64,000 nucleotides of DNA from Catajapyx aquilonaris (lineage: Eukaryota), in assembly GCA_000934665.2 (NCBI GenBank), contig JYFJ02001220.1:1-64000 (forward strand), read 5' to 3'. Shown here one piece after another: positions 39,199-50,343 of this stretch. How positions within the stretch are numbered: the first letter of the stretch is position 1; the number at the start of each line of letters is the position of its first letter. A model generated the notes under the pieces. That model had not been told where the DNA came from and searched no databases. It saw only the letters and a program-made list of their open reading frames with translations. A program made the translations under genes and the position numbers.

Positions 39199-40193
39199 AT
39201 GAAGCTCCTCTTGAGCTGCACACTCGTATTGGGATTGGCAGGTGAGTTTATCAGTCTGCTGAAAAATTTACCTGGATATTCTCACGTCCCCGCATGACCT
39301 TCTTACATGCAAACGAGATATGACAACACAGCATGTTTTTTTTTCTTGATTTGACTTGGCGCGCGTAAGGCCGCTAAAAATACGTAATAAGGGGTTCACT
39401 GCTTGTATGTTATGATAAAAAATGAGTAGAAATGTGACGAATTAATTTTTGCATTTTTAAATGTGGAAATGTGGTGTCCATATGTGTGTGATTGATTACT
39501 GCTGTCATCTGTTTGCGTCATGCATGTACATAGAAAGGCACTCACAATAATCAGTGATACGTAATCATCGTACTAATCGTTAAAAAATGAAACTGAAACG
39601 GACACCTGAATACTTCAAACTCCACACAAGATTTAATATGTTAAATATTTGGTTACAGATGCTTATAACACCGCAATAGGGCTACTTAGTTTTATAATTT
39701 ACTAATTAACAATGTTGTTCCCCCTGTTTTATTTGCAGCATTTGCGGTGGCCAATTCGTGGTTCCTCTCGGAAAGGTGCGACAAAGAGTTCACCACCCAA
39801 TTGTCGTGGGCCAACCCGAAACCAAAAGAGATTGAGAAAAACAAGGAAATGTATTGCAAGTAAGTCCATTGTTGTTATTCCTATACGTTGACGTTGTTAA
39901 CAGTTCTTGTTGTCCAGGATATTCCAGGACATCTTGACCTGCATCAAAACTGACTTGAATGACATAAATGTGAGATTTAGTAAGAAGAACGTGACTGAGA
40001 GAAAGATGAAGGATTTAACAACAATGGCTGAGGTAAGCAAAAATTATATTTACGGTGTCATCATGTCCATAACATTCTTGTAACTGAATATTGTTACTTG
40101 CAGGTTGTATGCAGCTTCACCTGTGGTGGACCAACACTTTTCATCTCGCTCCTGGCTCTTCCTCTGGCTGTCCTTCTCCGATCCATGAATTAA
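39199..40193 (+). CDS. Array gene P: CDxEF subfamily, putative GPI-anchored, 122 aa
   Basis: Exons 39199-39241, 39739-39859, 39918-40032, 40104-40193. MKLLLSCTLVLGLAAFAVANSWFLSERCDKEFTTQLSWANPKPKEIEKNKEMYC-KIFQDILT-CIKT...TMAE-VVCSFTCGGPTLFISLLALPLAVLLRSMN*. Confidence 0.9.
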
Positions 40194-42373
40194 TATAGCT
40201 CTTATTTAAAACGCCCTCGTGTCATTAGTCTTGTTCGAGTTTTTTTTTACAAGTATAGAGTATTCCGTCATTATTTTAAACCATTGATATGCCAACATTC
40301 AAATTAGTTTGCAAAATTTGCGACACCTGCACTGAAAAATAAGTGCATAAAATATTACTAGAAGCATGAAATTTTGAATAGGCAAATCAAGTTGGCTTAG
40401 TGCGAATAATTTCATATCTAATGCCATTTTGTAATATTTTATTTACACTGCACCAGCTTTATTTGACTATCAAAAATTCATTGAATATTATTAAATTTTA
40501 ATCTGCGAGTCTGGGCCCTATTGATTTCAGACACTAAAATGCATCGAACGTGCCTACATGTCATCGAATTCATCTCACCTTCGACGGTACCTAGTTAGAG
40601 TTTCCTATTGTCAAATAAAGAGTCATTACCTGTTCATCATGCCAGATGCTGGGACCATTGTTGCAGTGTTTCTGCCATGACACGTGTGTGTGCGCGAGAA
40701 AGAGGTAAATCCCGATTGGCTGGCACACACAGCAAGGCCTTTCTAAAACGAGTTGGCATTTTAGAAACAGCTTCTCTTGCAGATAGTATTATTTCCAGTA
40801 ATGCCATGGGCGTGGTTTTGCTCTTTAATTAGTATAGGCTACCAAACCCGTGAAATTTGTCTCTCTAAACTAAGCATAATATTGTTAAATTTTGCTGATG
40901 TGTCGATATGGAATAACTTTTAGAATCGCATATAGCCATAGTGCCTATATCTCCGGTTGCCTGTTATTGTCGTACTTCATTTAGTTGCATTTGTTGTTGG
41001 GTTTGCCAATTAGTGATAATCCAACAAAATAGCAAAAAAAAGTTACACCGAGTGACCATGACGTGAATGCTGGTTAATAGTTTGTATTATGAGGACGAAG
41101 AGGAATAAAATCTTTCTTAATTTCAGTGTTTGTAACATGATGAGTCAACTTGTTGCTAATTATCTTGTGAATACGTCGTAGAAGGGGCTACTAACCATTT
41201 ATCCCTTCGCGGCCCACACTATTTAAGGAAGGTTAATGGTAATGTTATTTTATATTTGTCTTAACTGCGAATGATGAGCACACAATAGGGTGAATTAAAC
41301 CTGGAATAGAATTAAGCAAAATTAAACAGGTAGCTACTGTTTTCTTCATTATTGGTGAAAACAATTATCTTGGGTTACACCAGTGCAGTTAAACCATATG
41401 TCATTAACTCGTAGGCAGTCTTAAAACTCAGAATAAATCTTCAATCGTTAATATTTATTTGAAGGGTGCAATCCGATTTTACGCAAACAATGAGAAATTC
41501 GCAGTTTTCATACGACTTACGATGATGAAACCGGTGCTAAATAATAATTTACGTGACATTTAGAAGAAATTATAATTATTTCAAGAACACATCGAACGTT
41601 ACATTTTGAACCCTTCGACTAACACATTGTAGGCTTCCTGAACCACCATCATGAATTCACACTCAACCAAACCAACTATCTGAGACACTCTTCTGAATAT
41701 ATATCCATTGACATGATAATATTCTTTCGAAAGCCGAGCTGCCATTTATTCACGTCACCACTGCGTGATGCCGCATATTTAATAATAAAACAAAGTCGTC
41801 ACACCGTACGTCCGAATATCATTTATACCTCGAAGGCACAAGCTCACCATAAGTCATCTGCACTTCTTTTCATCAACTATCTGCCTAGTCATTCACTTGG
41901 CAGGGTCGATGCAATTAATGAACTTGTGTGCAGCAAAGTACTGATAACTTTTTATAATTTTTGAGCCATGATCCATATGCAGTAAAATGGAATCTTGGTT
42001 GCAATAATTGTCCATTTTCAAGTCAGTGTATAAGGAAAGTTCAGTCATTGATTGTTTTTTTTTGCTATGGACATGTTGGGATGTAATAATATTGCAATTG
42101 CATAATGATAATATTCATCACCTATGATAACCTTGCGACAGCCGGTTCCATCAGGTTGGAAAGCAACCAAGCCCGCCAGATGGAAACCCCTGCATATTTC
42201 CACCCCCCAGTCCCCTTCCACCTCCCCCCTTTTTTTTTTGCACTGTATGTGTGTCTGTCTGTCTTGGTTTCCAACCGTGTACACACTGGTGCGTGGCCTC
42301 CAGACCTCTCAGAAGCAGCACTTGTGCTTTTGACAAGCGCTTCAACCGTACACACCACAATCAACCAACAGCC

Positions 42374-44020
42374 ATGAAGCTGCTTCTGAGGTGCGGACTT
42401 TTATTAGCAGGTGAGACCAACAAAAGTTTGCCGAATAATATTTTTTGCGCCATCTGGCGACGACCTCCTTTGCAAAAAATAAAAAAAGTGGGCCCTCCGG
42501 CTATATTCGCAAACAGTGCACGTTTCGCGGAAGTGTGAGTGAGAAACATGGCAACATTGCGACGCGCTCTTTTTTTATTTTCATTTGGCGCGTGAAGGTA
42601 AAGAGGGCTAAAAATAAAATGCAGTGCGTTAACATGTTGCGGGGAAGGTGACATCACAGTTTGGTGACGAATTTTTCAAGGCATTGTCGTCGTCTGGTGC
42701 TTTGCCTCAATGTTGCATAACTATTTATACGAGTATCAATATCCGCAATTTATATGACACGTAAATTGATACAAGCCGCCCCCATGCCAGATGTACAAAT
42801 TAATATCAGCGGTAATTAAAATGACAAGATGCATGATTCCAGACTTGCATGCTCGAGCTTTGAGTATATACCCAAAACCGATGCTACAGTGTCCAGCAAA
42901 GAAACTATAAGATATGCTTAAAACATTGACGGAAAATCGCCCACCAAGATCATATCCTTTAATTTCCTATAAATTAGTATGCATATTTTTGCCTACATCA
43001 AAAAAATTTCCGGCAATAAGTATTCTGCTGAATATTTTGCAGCGTACAGTAGCCTGTACTGTACACCGACCGACCGCTTGCCAGCAATTCCGCGTCTGGC
43101 ACACTCATGCTATCAGCTCGAACCAAAACATTCAATTAAGCCTGAGCACAATGTGGCCTGCATTCGGAGTAGTGACCATAGTGACGCCCATTGCTTGAGA
43201 AAATACAATACATGGCAAGGTCAAGTTGTAGTGCCCACCCAAATCCTGGGTCTGTGCGTGCGGATCTTGTCGTTTTTGTGGCCCATTATTATGCGGCGGT
43301 ATACGCATTTCGTGCATGTTTCGGGTCGTAATAACACACCATATTTCCCAAATGTGTACCCAGTTAATAATCACTAATTGGTGTCTCATCTGCTCCAACA
43401 GTATTTTCGGTGATGAGCGCCGAATTCCTGTATTCCGAATGCGACGAGGACTTCACCAGGGACATTTACCAGGCCAACCATGGTGAGGACAACGACATTA
43501 GAAAGGTGCTGTACTGCAAGTAAGTGCACTGTGCACTTGTTATGTGAAAGAGTGTCACTAATATACTTTCCGTTTCCAGCCTTTTCGAGAGGACCTTGAT
43601 ATGCACCGAGCGGTACCTCAAAAAACCGGCATCTTACTTCCAGAATAGTACAACGCCAAATGACTTCCAGAATAGGACGCTGACGGAACAAAGGGTGAAA
43701 GGACTGAGAACAATGTATCAGGTACAATAATGTTCACGAAAAATGTCAAACTGATTTAAGTTAGTTCTAGAACTGGAGACATACCCAGAAATAGTTTTGA
43801 GAATTTAGATCCGAAATTTACATCAGGTAAAGAGCTACAATAATTTAGTGAAATCAGCCCCTGAAATATTTCAATATGGAGATTTTGGAGGGTTTGAGTT
43901 GTATTAATTTTTTTTTTTCATTTAAAATTTCAGGCGACGTGCGACTCTTGTGGAGGCCCGGCCCTGGTGACCTGGCTTCTGGCTCTTCCTCTGGTAGCTC
44001 GGTTCCTGCCATTGCATTAA
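42374..44020 (+). CDS. Array gene Q: CDxEF subfamily, putative GPI-anchored, 127 aa
   Basis: Exons 42374-42410, 43402-43519, 43580-43721, 43934-44020. MKLLLRCGLLLAVFSVMSAEFLYSECDEDFTRDIYQANHGEDNDIRKVLYC-NLFERTLI-CTER...TMYQ-ATCDSCGGPALVTWLLALPLVARFLPLH*. Confidence 0.9.
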
Positions 44021-46854
44021 TCTCTCATCATACACGCGCGCATCTAGAAGATCTTCTCCTCCGAACCGCACTAGTTCATTCTCCTTTTGCCACAGTTCAC
44101 TGTACTTGGTCATCAGGTTCAGCCAACTGCGACATCGGGCAGGAATTTTCCCCCCTTCTCTATTCCACAAGTGTACAGCAAATGCATGGAGCCACGAAAA
44201 AAAAGTGCCTTTTAAAAAATCGAGCTTAATCGTAGTGTTTAAAAAAAAAGGAGAGCGCTAGGAATTTATACCCTTCACTGCGCTTTGCTTGCAAAAAAAT
44301 ATTTCGAGCTGGCAATTTGTTGTACTTATCATTAGTTGTTGCTGGATTTGCCATTAATGTTTTTGTTGTGTGGCAGTCCAAAATATGATGCGTTTGGGGC
44401 TAAAAATATATGCCGCAAATACCTTTCACTTTGACCGTTATTGCTCTGAATTTTTATGTTGCTGTTAATGCGGTCGTTTTTGTAATTGCCTGTTATTGAT
44501 ATGCGGCTTTATCTCTAGTCCCTCTAGCGCCTGGATATTTTTTTTTCGTGATGTGCAGGAATAATCATTCAGTCAGTTAATAGATTGTATTTTGCACAGG
44601 AAATAAATTGTGCGTGGAAGTATTGTAAAGCCAATTACGCACTTTGCATTTCAGCTTGAAAAAGGTTAGCAACTGTGGGACCTCCTATGCACTAAAATCG
44701 TTCATACGAATCAGGAAACCATTATCGGCCACTATTAACCTCCTTTTCTCTCGTAATGACATTGCAGTTTGTACAAATATGTGTATGCTCAACTAGTACT
44801 GTTACAGAATATCATTCCGAGCATTAGACATTTCTCAGCCTATATATAATATTTTCGAATCGAATGCTGGTTACAAAGTTCTCGTTTCAACTGCTTCTAC
44901 TTCGTGACTATCAATGCAAGCGTTGGCCAAAACACTACGAGCAAAGACATAAATAATTCGCTTGATTGTGACATTCGAACTGTTACGGAACAATAGGCCA
45001 AAGCACATGACAGAATCATGCCCTGGGGGATGTACAGGGTGTTTCATCACAATGCAAAAGAATTTCCAGGGGAACCATAACCTTAAAACATATAGGCTAC
45101 TTGTTCAGATCCTATCCTCTTCAAACACAAATGTATGAATTATCCTGGCAGGTATGCATCCCTCCTGTCACTTTGCTTTTTTCCATTACCTATGTCTTTT
45201 CATGTAATTCTAATTGGAAATGTGATCTAATTAAGTGTAACTAGGCGATGGAAGTGTCATACGCGGTATCCGCAATGTAGAAAGTGGAATAATGCGGCAT
45301 TAAAAATAGCATTAGCCCATGTTCAACTTTCGTCGCAGTCTCGCAAGAAAAGTGCAGCAAACTTTGCTAACATGGCTGACCGAGAGGTGACCTTTGGCCC
45401 GCTGCCTGTAAAAGTCCAAAAGCTGGTCACCTAGGAATGAACAGGCGACATAAACCTTGGTTCATTGGCTTTAGAAGCGTGGTAATCGGGAGTTCAGCCA
45501 ATGGTATTGTCCTGCTGGCCTTGACAAATCCATTGACATCGACTGGTTATAGAATCGCACTGTAATAATAATAGGGTAGTTACACTTGCAGTTCTTCCAG
45601 TTTAGCAGGGAACAAAAGCGGGTTGAAAATTAGGTCATTACAAAAATGCAAATGAGACGCGTTTTTATTGCGCTCGTTGAAAGGGTTGCGGTCGCTGCAG
45701 GATAAGCGAGAGTCAGATTATAATCTTTTACACAATCAAGGCTGATTTTAACTGGATCGAAATGGCCGTGAAGCATGTTTAACAAGTGATTAAGTATGTT
45801 CCAATTTAGGTTGATAATTTAAATCAGTTATGTAACCCCCCCAAAAAGGTGTACTGCAGATGTGAATTCTTGAGATTCTTCCAGTTTCACCTTGGATTCC
45901 TGCGAGACAATGAGCCACATTCATCACCCATGATTCCAACAGTTCCATTACTCAGGATGTTGTTGCATTGTGTTTATATTCCTCTTACTCAATAATTCCA
46001 TTCGATGCAAAAAAAATATGTCCATGCCGCGACTTGCCCAGGAAGTACTTTCTAGTATAGCCCCACATAGCAAATTGAGTGTTTCTCTTCATCGCCCAGG
46101 TGCAAAACGAATCCTCGTGAAACAGCTAATTGAAGCCCCGTTTGCGTCTCCGTACCAACCGCACTTGTTTATTATTCCCAACCGCGTCTTGAGACGGCGG
46201 ACTGATTCACACACACCTCATTAGACTGTGGTGAGGCTGCCCACAGTTCAAGGAAAGTCCAGGATTGTTCACCCTAGCAAACTGTCCTCTGGAGGCAATG
46301 AATGTCACTGCTCTCAATCATTGCCAGATTTGCACAAATACAACGCAACTTTTTTTTTTCCATGGTTTGTCCCCAATGGACGCATCGGAAGAGTGACAAT
46401 AAAAGAATGGGGTCAAAAGGCAGGTGTTTGTTGTGGTGCTGTGCTGGGGAGTGGTGGGGGGTGTAGGAAGCATGGGACACATTTTTAGCGAAAGTTGACG
46501 TCACGTCCTTTGTTTCAATTGTCGAGAGGTGGGGTCGTAAACCCCCCCCCCCACCCTCTTTGCTTACCCCCACCCTCTTTACTCCATCCCAGTACATACG
46601 TGGAGCTCATTTTGGTTTCAGAGGGACTCTCACGTGCAAAGTCCAGGAGCAGCAGGGCAAGGATTGGTTATTAGCCAGGGAGATGAGTCTCCATTAGAAG
46701 GCCACTCCCAGTACACAGTGATTGTTCCCACAGCCCCCCTTCAGTATACCTCACAGGAGCACCAGTAGTCACCATAGCAGCTCACAGGTCCAAGAAGCTC
46801 GGATCAACTGGAGATACAGTCCAGGAACACCCTGTGGTTGATTTTCGATTCAGG

Positions 46855-49800
46855 ATGAAGCTGGTGGCAGCTCTTTTCCTGTTCTCGTCCGCTCTTCTGC
46901 TCATTGCAGGTGAGGTTTAGGTTGGCGTGACGGACCGTGACACTGGTGTTAACCACAAGTGGTTGCTTCCAATGGATTAATGTTGAAGAGAAAACAACTC
47001 AGTAAGCACATTCATACGTCGGGATTAATCTCGCTAAAAATTATTTCTGTCAGTGCATTACCCTGCGTATCAGGTAGTACATGTACAACACAATGCAGAG
47101 ATATCCAAAAGTAGGTCACGACTGGGAGTTTTTCCCACACCCATCTCCCTTTGCACGCCATGTCACGCAATATCACACAGGTTACCTTCTCAAAAAGAGT
47201 ACATTACCTTGATGTGCACCATTCCTAGGTAATTTTAATACAAAAACCAGTGAGGTCGAATGGCCGAATTTTTTAGTCGGTGTCCCTGTAAATAAATAAA
47301 TAAATAAATAAGCTTAGGCGTGGTATATTAGTCACGCGTTCTTTTATTTCCCGGTAGAGCCTGACACTAAATATTCATTCTCATCATGTATAAATAGCTG
47401 CGTTTTTCCCCGGGACATTTGCTTATTTATATTAATCTATTCATTCATTTATAATCATGTATATGTCCAATGCAGGAGCCGCTAACAATGTTGCAATATG
47501 AAGCCAATGAAGGCCTCCTATAGCTGAAGTTTGCCACTACTGCACCTACCGGTATCATGATTGAGGACAAGCAGGGCAAGCATGGAAGCATAAGGTGCTG
47601 ATGGAAAAATCTGTTAATAAAATTGAATTTTTTTTCCATTGTTCTGACTGGATAGAAACTGTTCTTGCATCGCTCAATCCTTTATTATACAAATCAGCGA
47701 GTGAGAGGCAACATTTCCTGGCGTCATCCATTCATGTATTTGCTGATCTGTGTCATGCAACAGGCATTTTTGTCCCATCATGACTGGTATTGCGTGCAGG
47801 TTTATTGTGGCATAGCATGTGTGCCACTACCCGACTCCAGCAATAGCAACAAGCGTTCTTTTGTAATATGATGATGTGTTGATAATATTGTATTGATGGA
47901 GTTGCAGTTTCGTGTACATTATTTTCTCTGTGTTTGTCTGCAGGTGTGGTGGTGGGTCAAGGGGTTGGTCAGGGAGACTACAGAGGAGGCCAGGTGGACT
48001 ACAGAGGTGTCAACAACCAGCAGGGTGACCCCAGGGGTCCCCAATGTGACCTGAACCGTGTGCAGCAGATGCAGCAGGAGGCTGCATCCATGTCATTCAG
48101 CTGGTCCAACCTGGACGACTGGTGCAAGTAAGGCATCTCTTTATTTGCTCAGGGTGTGGTTCCAAGTCCACACGATTAAAAACAGCACCCAATTTGTGCC
48201 CGCAGCAAACTCAGGGATTTGATATCGGCCATGCAGAACTACGCCTCAGATTGCCAAGGGCAGCAGCAGGGGCAGGCCCCGGGGCAACCAGGCAGACCAC
48301 AGCAACAAGTGGATGTCCTGTCGGGCATCAGAAATGTGTCCAGAAGCATGTGCGAAGATCCATCATTTCGACAGCGTACGTAATCCAATCACGTTGCAAT
48401 GATGCCGTATTGTCACTTATCCTTTTCTTACAACTCAGAGTACCGCAACTTTGCCGATTGCTTGGAGCGTGCTGGTGGTCGCGTCCAGGATTGCAGCAGA
48501 GGCCTCCAGTCCCTTCCGCCCCCGCAACCGCAGCAGCCTCCTTACTACAGCAATGCAAACACGCAGATCTGCTGTCAGTACCTGCAGGCCACCAAGTGCA
48601 TGCGCAACGGGATCATGCAGATGTGCGGATCACAGGCCGGTGACTTCTTCCAGGAGATGGCCAAGAGGAGCCAGAGTCACATACTCAAGGTATTATATAA
48701 CCGAGCACCAAATAGCCAGAGATTGGCGCAATTAATTTATAAACAGATTAATCAAATTCAATAACAGCGAATTAATTCTAAGCCGAATTGAAAGGTTCTT
48801 CCAGTAATAATTCAGCCAGTAAAATTCGTGACATTCATCTTAATTCAGTACACTTTCCATTCATTTCCATTCAATTCCACTCGCGTCCATTCTTGCATGA
48901 ATGTGGCTTCCTCCTATTCAATTATTTTAAATTCATCAAAGTGGAGCAAGTCGCACATTCATTCACTTCCGGATGGTCCCATCACAGCATTCAGTGTTAT
49001 GAATAATCACAAATGGTAATACTCGTAGATTATCCTAATACATCTTAATATCTCGTAGATTATTATAAATCTATCGGAGCTAGTAGAAAATTCCAAGTAG
49101 GCCTAATCCGAAGCTAAGCAAAATGTACATGACCAGCAAGTGCTCTCACGAGTGTTCCTGAATTCAATAGAAACAACAATCATTGCCACAATAATAATTT
49201 GTCCAGATTGTTGCTTCTCCATGCTCTGGTCGTGTCGTGAATAACTTGAGCCACTTGTTTCCGTTGTAGGAATGCGAACTTGGGGAGTGCACCACCCTGT
49301 GCTTTTTGGGCGGCCACCGCTCTGTGTATATTATATGTGTGTTGCTAAACACATGCGTGGACATGAGGAGACGACGCGTGACCTCGCACACATAATAACA
49401 CTCTGATGAGAGTCGGTTTTCTTAGAATGCGAAGGAAACGAAGGACTCTCCGCGTCGGAGGAAGATAATATGAGCGGAGTCACGAAGGCAAGGTGCCTAA
49501 TACTGCGCATTGCTCTGTGCATTGTGACGTAACCGTCGGAGGAAAATTGGCAGTAATCGAGTCACCAGCATCATAGACATGGAAATTGCACTGACCTAGT
49601 GCAATTAGATTATGCAAGTAAATGTCACTTGGCAGGCTAATGAAAGGGTGGGCGAAATTCGGCCTGAAAATATAGTCTTGTCTGATAGGCTGGCACGGGA
49701 CCATTTCTGCCATATTTTGTCTTTCCTCCTTCAGCCAGCCCTGAAACAATCTGGGGTCGACTAATGCCAGTTCTAAAATTGACCCCCGCTGTTGCCACCC

Positions 49801-50130
49801 TGATCTAAATTCAGCAAAATGTCGCAATTCCTTCCTTAGGCCCAATGCCAGGACCTGAACCAGCTTCGTTGTGCAAACGAGGACACAGACATGAACCGGC
49901 ACGACGGCCACGGATACCAGCCAGGCGGCGGCGGATACGGAGACAGGAACAACTACGACAACCGTCCATACAACGACCGGAACAACAACAACAACTACGA
50001 CAACCGCAACAGCTACGACAACCGGCCGCCTCCTCCTGGAGGCAAACGCAACGCAGGTTTCCGACCAGACGTGCCAGGTCTGGTCCTCATCCTGGCAGCC
50101 ACCTTGCCCTTAGCCTACCTGCTGTACTGA
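46855..50130 (+). CDS. Array gene R: two-domain CC-type protein with Gln-rich loops and YDNR-repeat stalk, putative GPI-anchored, 316 aa
   Basis: Exons 46855-46909, 47944-48127, 48206-48375, 48439-48689, 49840-50130. MKLVAALFLFSSALLLIAG...QCDLNRVQQMQQ...DDWCNKLRD...SDC...MCEDPSFRQQYRNFADCLERAGGRVQDC...QICCQYLQATKCMRNGIMQMCGSQAGDFF...AQCQDLNQLRC...GGKRNAGFRPDVPGLVLILAATLPLAYLLY*. AATAAA at 50160. Confidence 0.88.
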
Positions 50131-50343
50131 GACCATTTTCTCATTCTATCGAAATGTACAATAAAAGAGGCTGAGCCAAGGCTCCGTCCTTATTTCCAGC
50201 CGCTCACCTGAGAGAACAGGCGGGCAAGGTGAACTCCTTGACGTCACCCACACCCTTACCCCCGCCCCACACAACATACGACACATGCAAGACTCTCCCA
50301 ATGATTTTGAACCATTCCCTCCCGCAGCCTCCGGCCGTTCAGG

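Noticed and set aside
2525..44020. Assignment to Ly6/uPAR, odorant-binding protein, saposin-like or defensin families, or a named neuritin/RGM gene symbol
   Set aside because: There are only four core Cys, no terminal CCxxxxCN (Ly6), no C-x3-C (classic OBP) and no saposin six-Cys pattern. The neuritin/RGM resemblance is limited to spacing and layout, which is not enough to assign a symbol without a profile search.
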